From assembly GCA_963748015.1 (NCBI GenBank), contig CAVVHE010000004.1:1760001-1824000 (forward strand): a stretch of DNA of 64,000 bases, written 5' to 3'. Positions within the stretch are counted from its first letter, which is position 1. Each line of letters begins with the position of its first letter. The translations under genes and the position numbers were made by a program. The notes under the pieces were generated by a model. The model searched no databases. It saw only the letters and a program-made list of their open reading frames with translations, and had not been told where the DNA came from. Below are positions 11,339-23,320 of this stretch, piece by piece. Origin of the DNA: Terriglobia bacterium (GTDB taxonomy: Bacteria; Acidobacteriota; Polarisedimenticolia; Polarisedimenticolales; JAIQFR01).

Positions 11339-12747
11339 CACCGGCTCACCAGCGGGTAGAGCCAGCCGAAGAGGCGCACGTACAGCGGCACGTGCTCGGG
11401 CTTGATGTAGAGGCGCACCGGCTCCGGCTCGCCCACGTACTTCCTCCACGCGGCGGCGACCTCCTCCCGCGTGACGGCGGCGATCCTCGCCTCGCGGTCG
11501 AAGGCCCGGCTCGCGTCCCCTTCCCACCAGCGGGCGCGCCCGACGGCATCCGCCATCGCGGCGGGGAAGTACGCGCGGGTCGCCTCCTGGCGCCTCAGCG
11601 ACCGTTTGGCCGCTGCGAGGCTCCCGTCGGTCAGCCAGTCGAGGCCGGAGAGCTGCGCCCGCGTCTCTTCCATGAAGCGGAACGCCGACGACTTGCGCCG
11701 GTAGGGAAGGCTCAGCGAGTAGAAGATCACGGCGCCGCCGCGCCTCAGGTTCAGCACCATGACCCCGGCCTCGACCGCCTTGCGCCTCCGGGACACGAGC
11801 TCCTCGCGGAACGGGCTCGCGGCCCCACCGGAGAGGAGCTGCGTGAGCACCTCGAGGGCCGGCCCGTCCGGCCCGCCCGCCGGCGGGAGGAGGAACCCGG
11901 CGGCGGCGATCTCGACGGGGGGCAGGTCCTCGCGCAGGTCCACCTCGGGCGGGAACTCCCAACCGAGGAGCGGCGGGACGTCGGCCGGCGTCGTCGCCCC
12001 CGCGCGGGATCCCGCCGAACGCGCTCTCCACCTCGGCGAGGGCCAGGACCGGGCTGACCGGCCCGGTGATCACGAGGTGGGCGTTGTTCGGGTGGTAGTA
12101 GGCCTCGTAGAACGCGCGGCTCGAATCGACGGTCGCGGCGGCGACCTCGTCCTTCGAGCCGGTCGGGTCGAACGCGTACGGGTGGCGGCCGAGGAACGCC
12201 TTCTGCGCCGCCACCATCACGCGGCTCTCCGGGCTGTTCTCGGCGGCGAGGCGAAGCTCCTCGGTCACGATCCGCTTCTCGTTCTCGAGGTTCGCGGGCT
12301 CGATGAGGAGCCCCGTCATCCGGTCGGCTTCCATCTCGAGCACGACGCCGTGCGCCTCGGGAGCGATCTCGGACACGTAGACGGTCTCGTCGGGGCTGGT
12401 GAAGGCGTTGTTGTCGCCCCCGAAGCGGTGGTGCCAGTCCCAGTAGTCGCGCTTCTCGTGGTGCACCGTCTCTCCGAACATCAGGTGCTCGAAGAGGTGC
12501 GCCAGGCCGCGGCTCCCCGGCCCCTCGTTCGCGGAGCCGACGTGGTACCAGACCTGCGTCGCCACGACCGGATCGTCGGGCCGAGGCAGGATCGAGACCT
12601 CGAGGCCGTTGGAAGCGTCGTCTCGACGTAGCCGGGCGGCGGCGCCGCAGCGGCCGTCATGGCGAACAGCGCCAGCACGGACGCCGTGAACCGGAGCCTG
12701 CGCGCCGATCGGTCGGTCGATGCGGGGGGCGTTCGTCCGTGGGTCAT
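11338..12747 (-). CDS. M16 family zinc peptidase, catalytic subunit (frameshifts near 12000 and 12610; start uncertain)
   Basis: QVWYHVGS, GLAHLFEHLMF (HxxEH), NAFT and YYHPNNA motifs. Confidence 0.85.
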
Positions 12748-12913
12748 CCCGCGGCGACCTCCCTCGGCGACGACCCGCATCGGCCGCGCGAAGGGTCGAG
12801 CAATCGCGATGGCGCGGACCCTAGCGCCATCGCGCTCGACCCTTCGCGCGGCCGTGCAGGGGTCCCCGTCGCCTCGGGCATTGTCGCCGCGGGATGACCC
12901 ACGGACGAACGCC
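12728..12913 (+). repeat. Palindromic element family A, copy 2
   Basis: Perfect 31-bp arms (12728-12758 / 12883-12913) around the 124-nt core. Confidence 0.95.
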
Positions 12914-13020
12914 GGAGCTCGTGCGAGCACCGACCCGGAAAGACACGGAGGAGGATCGGCGCGCGGCGCCGGGTCGCGCCGCTCAGGGCCGAGTTGCACG
13001 GCGAGGTCTCTGCCATCCCT

Positions 13021-14436
13021 CTAGCTCTCGAAGACGACGCCCGGAGGCGGCGCCGTGAACCGGCCCAGCTCGAAGCGGAGAGCGTCCTCGAGGGTGGGAT
13101 GGCGGAAGCGGAAGCCGGCGTCGAGGAGGCGGCGTGGTAGCACCCGCTGACCCTCGAGAAGGAGCGACCGGCCCATCTCGCCGAACAGGAGCTTCACCGC
13201 GGCGGCGGGGAGCGGGGCGATGGCGGGGCGGCGCAGGACGTGGCCGAGCGTGCGCGCGAACTCCGCGTTCGGGACGGGCCCGGGGGCCGTGACGTTCACC
13301 GGTCCGGAGACGTCGTCCCGGAAGAGCCCGAAGTGGAACGCCCCGATCGCGTCGTCGAGCGAGACCCAGCTCATGACCTGCGCGCCGCTGCCGACGCGGC
13401 CCCCCGCGCCGACCTGGAACGCCGTTGCCATTCTCGGTAGCGCCCCTCCCGCCGCGCTGAGCACGACGCCGAGGCGAAGCGAGGCAACGCGGATGCCGCG
13501 CTCGGCGGCGGGAGCGGCCGCGGCCTCCCACTCGCGGCAAACGTTCGCGAGATAGCCCGTCCCCGAACCGCTCGACTCGTCGAGGTCTTCGCCGGGGCGA
13601 TCGCCGTACCAGCCGACCGCCGAGGCGCAGAGCAGCACGCGCGGGGGCGCCTGGAGCCCGGCCAGCGTGCGCGCGAGGAGGCGCGTCCCGGCGACCCGGC
13701 TCGCGAGGATCCGCTCCTTGCGCGCGTCGGTCCAGCGGCCGGCTCCGATGTTCTCGCCGGCGAGGTGGATGACGGCGTCGAGCCCTTCGAGCCTCGCGGC
13801 TTCGAGGACCCCGCCAGCCGGATCCCACGGGATGTCGTCGGCGCCGGTGGCGGACCCGGGCCGGACCAGCCGGAACACCGAGTGCCCTCCGGTCGACAGG
13901 AACGCGCGGAGTGCCGTGCCGAGGAGGCCCGTCGCCCCGCTGATCGCGATCCTGAGGGAGCCGCGCGCGGCGAAGGCCCGGTGCCGCTCGAGGTCCGCGG
14001 CGGTGATCGCGTGCCGGTACGAGAACATCCGCTCGAGCTTCGCGCGCGCGCGGCCGAAGCCGAAGAGGTCCCCGAGCGCGCCGCCGGGGAGCGCGAGCTC
14101 GATCCGGTCCTCGAGCGTGCAGGCGGCGTCGCCGTCGGGCTCGAAGCGGTGCTCGTGGACCCAGTGCGCGAACGGCCCCTCGACCTGCCGGTCCACGAAC
14201 CGCTTCCCCGCGTCGTAGTCCCTGTGCTCGGCGATCCACCGCATTCGGATCGGCCCGAACGGCACCTGGAGCACGACGCGGCCGCCGTCCTTGATCCCGC
14301 CCGAGCGCTCGAGGACCGAGACCCGCTCCCACGGCGGCGTGAGCCGCTCGAGCGCCCCCGGCCTCTCGTGCCACCGGAAGACCTCGGCGCAGGGCGCCTC
14401 GATCCTCGATCTCGCGACGAACCGGCGCAGCCTCAC
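13021..14436 (-). CDS. SRPBCC domain + TIGR01777-family NAD-dependent epimerase/oxidoreductase
   Basis: N-terminal FVDRQVEGPF..WVHEHRF; GATGLLG Rossmann motif, HLAGENI, ASAVGWYG and GQRVLP motifs. Confidence 0.9.
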   Translation of the reverse strand: MRLRRFVARSRIEAPCAEVFRWHERPGALERLTPPWERVSVLERSGGIKDGGRVVLQVPFGPIRMRWIAEHRDYDAGKRFVDRQVEGPFAHWVHEHRFEPDGDAACTLEDRIELALPGGALGDLFGFGRARAKLERMFSYRHAITAADLERHRAFAARGSLRIAISGATGLLGTALRAFLSTGGHSVFRLVRPGSATGADDIPWDPAGGVLEAARLEGLDAVIHLAGENIGAGRWTDARKERILASRVAGTRLLARTLAGLQAPPRVLLCASAVGWYGDRPGEDLDESSGSGTGYLANVCREWEAAAAPAAERGIRVASLRLGVVLSAAGGALPRMATAFQVGAGGRVGSGAQVMSWVSLDDAIGAFHFGLFRDDVSGPVNVTAPGPVPNAEFARTLGHVLRRPAIAPLPAAAVKLLFGEMGRSLLLEGQRVLPRRLLDAGFRFRHPTLEDALRFELGRFTAPPPGVVFES

Positions 14437-14648
14437 GCGAAACTCCTAGAGCACCCGCGCGGACTTCCGGGGTGCGGCCCATTGTAGAACGGTCGGGCCA
14501 GTCGGCGGCCAAAGACGCGATTGGGGTGGCGAACGGCATGCATCCGGAAACACATCGGCCCATAAGCCAAGTGCTTCTCTGAAAGCGTGTTCCGTGAGAA
14601 CATCGCGGCACGCAAGGCAGCCATGCCGCGGTCGGCGGGGGGATTGGA

Positions 14649-17600
14649 GTGGGCCTTTCGCGCGGTGCTGCGCTCGGACCGTACGAGGTCGTCGAGCTCA
14701 TCGGGGTCGGTGGCATGGGCGAGGTGTACCGCGCCCGCGATCCGCGGCTCGGCCGGTACGTCGCGATCAAGATCCTGCCGGCGGGAATCGCCGACGACGC
14801 CGGGCGCCTGCACCGCTTCGAGCAGGAGGCCCGCGCCGTCGCCGCCCTGAATCACCCGCATATCCTCACCGTCTTCGACATCGGCTCCCACGACGGGACC
14901 CCGTACGTGGTCACGGAGCTTCTCGAGGGGGAGAACCTCCGCGAGGTGCTCGCGCGCCGCCCGCCGACGCAGCGACAGGTCGTCTCCCTGGCGGTGCAGG
15001 TGGCCCAGGGCCTCGGGGCAGCGCACCAGAAGGGAATCGTCCACCGCGACGTCAAGCCCGAGAACCTCTTTCTCACCGCGGAGGGGCGGGCGAAGATCCT
15101 CGATTTCGGACTGGCCCGGTTCGGCGCTCCCCTGAAGACCTCTTCTCCAGGCGAAGCCAAGGGAGACGTGACGCGGGCCGGGTTCCTGATGGGCACGGTC
15201 GCGTACATGTCGCCGGAGCAGGCCAGCGCCCTGTCGATCGATCCCCGCAGCGACCTTTTTTCGTTCGGCATCGTCCTCTACGAGCTTCTCTCCGGCCGGC
15301 ATCCCTTCCGCCGCGAGACGGCCGAGGCGACGGTCGAGGCGATCCTCTACGAGACGCCGCCCGCCCCGTCGTCGCTCGAGCCCGACGATCCCGCCGGCGC
15401 TGGACGGGATCGTGCGCCGGTGCCTGGAGAAGGACCGCGAGGAGCGGTTCCAGAGCGCGCACGAATTGGCGGTGGCGCTCGAGGCGGTGTTGAAGGCGCC
15501 CGCGGGGGCGGCGTCGCTCGCGGCGGCGGAGGAGCGGAGCCCGTACCCCGGCCTCCAGTCGTTCACGGAGAAGAACGCGGGGGTGTTCTTCGGCCGCGAG
15601 ACCGAGGTCAAGGCGCTCTGGCAGCGGCTCGAGAGCCGCCGTCTTCTCGCCGTGATCGGGCCTTCGGGAGCGGGGAAGACCTCCTTCGTGCGGGCGGGCG
15701 TCGTCGCATCGAGGCCCGAGGGCTGGGGCGCGATCGTCTGCAAGCCCGGGGCGGCGCCGCTGCGGAACCTGGCCAACGCGCTGGCACCGGAGCTGGCGAA
15801 CGATCCCGAAGCGGTGACGCAGCTCCTCTCCTCCGACGAGCCGGAGATCGCGTTGGAAATGCTGTCGAGGTGGCGGGGGGGGCACGCGGAAGCCCTTCTC
15901 GTCGTGGACCAGTTCGAGGAGCTGTTCACGCTGAATCCGCCCGAATCCCAGGCCGGCTTCGCCGCCCTGCTCGGCCGCCTGGCCTCCGAGGCCGATATCC
16001 ACGTGCTCCTGTCCCTCCGCGACGACTTCCTGATGCGGTGTCACGACCGCGAGCCGCTCGGCGCGATCTTCTCGGACCTCACGCCTCTCGGCCCCCTCAC
16101 GGCCGACGGGCTCCGTCGCGCGCTGATCGAGCCGGCGAGGAAGCTCGGGTACCGCTTCGAGGACGACGCCCTCGTGAACGAGATGGTCGCCTCGGTCGAC
16201 GGGACGCGCGCGGCGCGCTTCCGCTGCTGGCCTTCGCGGTGGCGCGGCTGTGGGAGAAGCGCGAGCGGGAAACGAAGTTCCTGACATGGGAGGCGTACGA
16301 GGAGATCGGGGGCGTGGCAGGAGCGCTCGCCCAGCACGCCGAGGCCACGATGGCCCGCATCGGTTCGGAGCGGCACGGGATCGTGCGCGAGATGTTTCGG
16401 CAGCTCGTGACGGCCCAGGGTACGAGGGCGGTCCTGGACCGCGAGGAGTTGCTGTCCGCGTTTCAGGATCGGGTGGCGGCGGACGAGGTACTGGGCGCGC
16501 TGATCGACGCGCGGCTCCTGACGAGCTACGAGGTTGCGGAAGCGGAAGGCCGCTCGACCCGGCATCGGGTCGAGATCGTGCACGAGTCGCTGCTGCGAGG
16601 CTTGGCCGCGGCTGGTGCGGTGGCAGGCGCAGGACGAGGAGGGAGCGCTTCTCCGGGACCAGCTCCGGCAGGCCGCGAGGCTGTGGAGCGAGAAGAACCG
16701 GACCGGGGATCTGCTCTGGACGGGCACGGCGTACGAGGAGTTCGAGCTCTGGCGCGAGCGCTACCCGGGGAAGCTCACCTCGGTCGAGTCCGACTTCGCG
16801 CGCGCCATGGCGGAGAAGGCGCGGAAGAAGAAACGACTGGTACGGGATGCCGTCGCGGCGGCGTTTCTTGCCCTGGCGGGGTCGCGATCGCGATCGGCGT
16901 CTCGCGGTATCAGGCGGTCGAGGGCCCGTGACGAGGCCGAGGCCGAGGCGCAGCGCGCCGAGGCGGGCAAGCTGCTGGCCCTCGGCCGCGCCGAAATCGA
17001 CGCGACAGTACGCGGCGCTCGCCTACGCGCGCAAGAGCCTGGAGCTGGCCGACACCCCCGAGGCGCGCCGCTTCGCCGTGGAGGTGCTCTGGCGCGGGCC
17101 CGTGGCCCGCATCCTCGACCCGGAAAAGGCCGTGGAGGGGCTGACAGCCTCAGGAACGGTACCACTGGGGCTTGAGCCCGTCTTCAGCCCGGATTCCAGC
17201 TGGTTCGCCCTTCAGAACGACGCGAGCGGCCGCATCTTGCTTTTTTCCAGCGACGGAGCGGCTACACGCGTTCTTCCCCGCCCGCCCGACGGCAACGCGC
17301 AGGCGCTCGCTTTCGGCCCACGGAGCGACGTGCTCATCACGGGAGGAGGCGGGACGAGCCTGCGCTTCCTGTCCCTCCCCGACTTGCACGAGACCGGAGC
17401 ATCGAGTTGGGCGGCGTCGGATTCCAAGGCGTGGGTATCGGGCGAACGGCTCATGACGGTTACGCGCATGTCGCGGGAGGGCATGGGCCAGGTGCTTCGA
17501 GCCTGGCCATTCCCTGGCGGGGAGCCGGAGACCTTGGCGACGGGCGACTGGACCGGTCCCTACCGGCAAGATCGACCCGGCTGGCAAGTGGCTCGCGGAT

Positions 17601-19171
17601 GTGCGGGATCGGGAGCTCTTCCTTCGCCCGATCGGCGAACCGTCCCCGTCGCGGAAATGGGCTCTCGGAAACCTCGCGGACGATCTGGCCTGGGGCAACT
17701 CCCTTGGTTTCCTTCCCCGCGAGGAGGGCGTCGTTACGTTGGACAAGTCCGGGAACATTCGGATCTGGTCCTGGCCGGAGAATGCGCCGCGGGCCACGAC
17801 CGTGAGGCCGGGGGCGGTTCGGACGGAATCGCTCCTGGACATCGATCCCCAGGGACGTTACCTGGCCGGATACGCGGGGACCGAGCTCGATTACTTTGGG
17901 ACCTCCACGACCCGCCGGACGCCGAGCCCTTGGTCCTCAGCGGAAACCGAGTTCGGGAGGAGCGCGGCGGGTGTTTTCGATCGACGCGGGCAGTGGCTCG
18001 TCACCAGCAACATGTCCAGAGTCCGATTCTGGCCTCCCGCCTCCCCCTGGACGCGCAAACTGCCCGTCACGCGCACGAGCACTTGGGCCCTCGCGTTCAC
18101 ACCGGATCGCCGCTGGTTGTCTTCGTGTGCGATCGACCGCCCTGTTCGGCTGTTCGCGATGAGTCGTCTCGACGGGGCTTTCCGCGACCTGCTGCCGGCG
18201 ATCTCCTGCTACTTCGCCGCAGCGCACCCCGCGAGCGGTCATCTCCTCGCGAGCACTTGGCGGGACTCGAAACGGGACCGGAACGACGGCCGGGTCCTGC
18301 TCTACACCATCCCGGGCGGCCCGGCGCGTGAGCTCCGCACCGGCTGGGAGGGGGCCATGGCGACCGCAGCCGTGGCTTTCGACCGGAGTGGACGCCGGGC
18401 GATTGCGTGCCCCGGATGGGGTCCCGACGGAACCGCGACGACCCTCAATAACGTGATGAGAGTTTGGGACCTCGAGTCGGGCGAAGGGCGGACGTACTCT
18501 CTCTCCCGGTTCGGCGCCGATTCCCAGTCCCCGTGCCAGGATGTCGCCTTTGCCCCGGACGGCAGCGCGTTCGTTGCCGAGGGGCGGAGGCGTCCTTCGT
18601 CTCGTTCTTCCCGACGACCCAAGGGGGACCCCCTCCAGCGAGCTGGTGTACGCCACACCCATGGCCGCGTTGGCTCTGAGTCCCGACGGCCGTCAGCTGC
18701 TCGTCCTCGCCGGCCGCGATCCGCTCGGGTTGCTCTTCGAAGAGCTCATCCTCTTCGATCTCGCCGCTCACACCTCGCGCCGGATTACCACGCACGGAGA
18801 GCGCCTGTTCGTCGCGGCGTTCGACCCGTCGGGACGGTTCATCGTCACCGGTGATCATGATGGCATCGTCAGGGTCGGGCCGGTCACGGGCGAGGAGCCC
18901 CACCTGCTGCTGGGGCACCACTCGATGGTCGAGTCCCTCGCGGTCTCTCCCGATGGCCGGTGGATCGCCACCGCAACCGAGGAAGGCCTCTACCTTTGGC
19001 CGATGCCCGACATGGCCCGAACCGCCGCTCCACACCCTGCCGCACGACGAGCTCCTCGGGAAGCTCGACAGCTTCACGAACCTCCGCGTGGTCCCCGACC
19101 CATCCTCCTCCACCGGCTGGAAGCTGGACGTAGGTCCCTTCCCTGGCTGGAAGGACGTGCCGACCTGGTAG
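14649..19171 (+). CDS. Ser/Thr kinase - STAND NTPase (nSTAND1-like) - WD40 propeller protein (multiple frameshifts)
   Basis: GVGGMGEVY, HRDVKPEN, DFG and YMSPEQ kinase motifs; PYPGL, Walker A GPSGAGKTS and LLVVDQFEELF; IVHESL; repeated 'FSPDG/AFDPSG' WD-like blades. Confidence 0.85.
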
Positions 19172-19259
19172 GCCGCTACCCCCGTCTCATCGACCCCCCC
19201 TTCCAGGTTCACGACCCGAGCGGTACAATTCGGTCAAACCGGCCGCGGAGGGGGCAGCG

Positions 19260-21978
19260 ATGAGCAACCTAAGGAACCCATCGGTCTGCTGCGCCAAGCT
19301 ACTCGCGATGTTCGTCGCCATCGCCCTGCCTCTCTTCCTCCCGTCGTCAACCGTACTCGCCCAGGAAACCACCGGAGCGATCGAGGGAACCGTCTCGGCC
19401 CCGGATGGAACGCCGCTTTCCGGGGCCGAGGTGGCCGCCACGAAGGCCGCGTCGCGCGTGGAGCGGGGCACGATCACGAGCGGCGAGGGGCTCTTCCGTC
19501 TCGTCGCGCTCCCGCTCGGGGAGTACGAGGTCACGATCCGTCATCCGAAGTACCCGCCGGCGACCGTCTCCGGCGTGACCGTCCGGCTCGGCGCGACCAC
19601 CGCAGTGCCTCCCGGTTCGCCTCGCGCCGCCGGCACGCTGGTCGAGCGCGTGGAGGTCGTGGGGAAGGCCCCGCGGATCGACCCGGTCAGCACGACCGCG
19701 GGCGGAAGCCTCGCGTCGGAGACGTTCGATCGCCTTCCCCTCCAGCGGGACTACCAGAGCATCGCGACCCTGCTCCCGGGCGTGAGCGCCAGCTACCTCG
19801 GCGACCCGGTGAACTTCGACGGCGCGACGGGGCTCGAGAACCGCTACTTCGTGGACGGCGCCGAGATCACGGACCCGGGCCGCGGAATGGGCGGCGCGAT
19901 GCTGCCGCCGGACTTCATCCGCGAGGTCGAGGTGAAGACCGGCGGCTACGAGGCGGAGTACCGCAGCGCGCTCGGCGGCATCGTCAACGTGGTGACCCCC
20001 ACCGGAGGGAACGAGATCTCGCGGGAAGCTGATCGGCTACTGGACGAGCCACGTCGTCTCCCAGGATCCGAAGCTGAGCCCGCTCCAGCTCCAGCAGCGC
20101 GACTACGCGCAGTACGACGCCGGGTTCAGCGTGTCCGGCCCGCTGGCCAAGGACCGCGCGTGGTTCTTCCTCGCCTACGACCCCCAGCGCCAGACTGTCG
20201 AGACCGAACTCCCCGGCGTCGGCTACATCGAGGATTCGTCCACCACGCAGCGCTTCGCGGGGAAGATCGACTGGCGACCCGACGCGGCGAACAGCCTCGC
20301 TCTCACGGTCGTCGGGGACCCGCAGAGGCGGGACGCCGTGGGCGAGATGCCGTTCGATTTCGGAAGCGATCCCGTCTCGTTCCTCAACCCCGACCCGTAC
20401 CTGCGGCGCATCGAGACCGGCGGCGTCGGGGTCATCCTTGCGCGCGACGCACGTCCTCGAGCCCGCGGGTCCTGCTGGAGATCGTCGTTCTCGTACTTCT
20501 GGCGGAAGGACCACAACCTCCCCGGACCGAGCGCGGTCGCGAGCGAGCAGATGTTCGTGGACGCGACCACCGGCGTGTGGTCGGGCGGCTCGACCGTGTT
20601 CACCGCCTGGTCGAACGACCAGACGACGGTCGAGTTGAAGGCGACCTGGATGCGCCGGCGCGGCACGAGATGAAGGGTGGGCTCGAGTACCGCGACAACA
20701 AGGAGACGATCGACGAGTGGGGCGGCGACGTGGTGATCGAAGTTCGCCGACGTTCGTTCGGTATGTCGGCCCAGGTGATTGCGCGGCAAGTTCCACAACC
20801 GGATCCCGTCGGCGTTCGCGCAGGACTCCTGGCGGATCGGGCCGCGCTGGGTCCTGAACTACGGTATCCGCTGGGCGCGCGAGGACTTCGTCGGCCTCGA
20901 ACGGGAGGTCGCGCAGACGATCGACGACGAGTGGCAGCCGCGCGTCGGCTTCGTCTACCAGCCCGGCCGAATCGGCACGCAGCGCATCTATGGTTCGGCG
21001 GCGCGGTACTACCAGGAGCTGTCGAGCCACGCGCTCGTATCTACTACGTGGGGGCGGAAGGGTACTGGCGACTCTGCAACTACGACCACGATCCCCGGCT
21101 CGATCCCAGCGGGGCGACTGCCTGGTGCTGACGATCGACGGTGCAGGCCGAGGTGCCGGGGCTCCGGGGCGACTACACGGACGAGTACTCCCTCGGGTAC
21201 CAGCGGCGGATCGGCGACAGGCACCGCGCGGGCGTCCGCGCGATCTACCGGACGCTCGGCGACACGATCGAAGACGGACTGGTCACGGCGACCGATACGT
21301 TCGTCTGGGGCAATCCCGGTCGCGGGCCGCTGGCCGCGGACTACCCGCGCGCGAGCCGCGTCTACAGGGCACTCGAGCTCACCATCGACGGGCAGCCCAC
21401 GGACCGTTCCGGGTATCTCGCGTCGTACGTGCTGTCGGAGAACCGCGGCAATTACCTGGGACTCTACAACACGGACAGCGGGATACGCCGGGCCAAACAC
21501 CAACGGCTCGTTCGACCTGCCGGAGCAACATGATCAACGGCGACGGCCTGCTGCCGAACGACCGGACCCACGTCGTTAAGGGGTCGGGGTTCTACCGATT
21601 CGGATCCGGGCTCAACGTCGGAGCATCAGCGCTCTGGCAGAGCGGCACGCCGCTCAACGAGTTCGGTGGGTGCCCGGGTGCCTTCGGGAGCTGCTTCCTT
21701 CGGCCTCGCGGCACGGCGGGCCGGACGCCCTCGATGTTCGATCTGAGCCTGCGGCCGACTACACCTTCCGGCAGAATTCTACCGGACGGTGGAAGCCTCG
21801 CCTGATCCTCGACGTCTACCACCTCTTCAGCGGCCGCAAGCCGGTGGACTACGACCAGGTCCACTACTTCAACGTGGACGCCGACGGGAACCAGGTCGAC
21901 CCGAATCCGACCTACGGAATGGCCAAGCAGTACTACCCGCCGACGACCGCTCGCCTCGGGCTGGAGGTGAGTTTCTGA
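19260..21978 (+). CDS. TonB-dependent receptor, Oar-like with N-terminal carboxypeptidase-regulatory-like domain (frameshifted)
   Basis: Signal peptide, TTGAIEGTV, EVEVKTGGYEAEY, AFAQDSWRI, WQPRVGFVY and terminal ARLGLEVSF. Confidence 0.85.
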
Positions 21979-22035
21979 GCGACGACCGCTCGTACCTGGG
22001 CGCAGGGCCATGCCGAGTCTTGGAGGTGGTCAGCC

Positions 22036-23308
22036 ATGACACTCATCAAGAGGTGGTTCCGCAGGATGACCGGCGACGAGGAGGACGAGCTCAGGACTCC
22101 GATCATTCGTCGTCCGCCGCAACCGTGCCTCTGAGCGAGGTGCGATCCGCCGCCGAGGAGAACAACGACTTCGCGGTGGCGCTTTACGGACGACTGTGCG
22201 AGCGGCCCGGGAACCTCTTCATCTCCCCGCTGGGCATTCGCTCGGCCCTCTGCATGGCCCTCGCCGGGGCCAGGGGCGAGACGTCGTCGCAGATGATCGA
22301 GGCGCTGCGCCTCCCGTCGGCGGACGATGCCGCGCACGCGCGGCTGGCCGGACTCCTGCGGCCGCTCGACGCGGCGGCGGCGGGCAGTACGAGCTCTCCG
22401 TCGCGAACTCGCTCTGGGGGCAGGAAGGCGCGCCGCTCCTGGACGAGTTCCTCGAGCAGATCGGCCGCCAGTACGGCGGCGGCCTCAACCTCGTCGATTT
22501 CCGGCGCGACGCCGAGGCGGCCCGCGCGACCGTCAATCGGTGGGTCGAGGAGAGGACGCAAGCAGAAGATCCGGGACCTCATCCCCTCCGGGATGCTGAG
22601 CGCGGACACGCGACTGATCCTGGTGAACGCGATCTTCTTCAAGGGACAGTGGGTGGCGCCGGTTCCCTGCATGCGCCACGCGGGACGAGCCGTTCTGGCT
22701 CGAGGACGGCGGGAGGGTCCAGGCGCCGCTGATGACGCCAGATGGAGGTCGGCTACGTGCGCGCCGAGGATTACCAGGCGGTGGAGCTGGAGTACCGCGG
22801 CGACGATCTTTCGATGCTCGTGTTGCTCCCGGACCGGAAGGACGGGATCGGGGAACGCTCGAGAAGGCGCTCCGCCAGGAATGTTCGATCTGGCGAAGGC
22901 GAAGATGCGATGCCGCAAGGTCGATGTGCTATCTCCCGCGGTTCAAGGTCACGTGGGGAACCTCTTCGGTGCGCGGCGCGCTCGCGCACCTCGGCTTGAC
23001 GCTCGCGTTCGACCGGGACCGGGCGGACTTCTCCGGCATCAACGGGCACAGGCCACCGGACTCGAGATCGCTGTTCGTGTCGGACGTGCTGCACAAGGCC
23101 CTCGTCGAGGTGAACGAGGAAGGGACGAAGGCCGCGGCCGCCACCGCGGGCGATGTGTACTCGCGCTGAGCGGCAAGCCTCGCCGCGAGCCACCGGTCCC
23201 CGTGTTCCGGGCCGACCACCCGTTCCTCTTCGCGATCCGCGACCGGCGAAGCCGCGCGATCCTCTTCCTCGGCCGCCTCGACCGATCCGACAGCTCGCGA
23301 ACGAATGA
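22036..23308 (+). CDS. Serpin family protein (frameshifted; ends approximate)
   Basis: NLFISP, LVNAIFFKGQW, SMLVLLP, HKALVEVNEEGTKAAAATA and FRADHPFLFAIRD motifs. Confidence 0.88.
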
Positions 23309-23320
23309 GGGACGGGAGCC

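Noticed and set aside
12659..13024. Short ORFs with recurring peptides ([15 protein letters not shown].., [14 protein letters not shown]..)
   Set aside because: These are translations of the GC-rich repeat with variable starts and stops; there is no evidence of a real protein.
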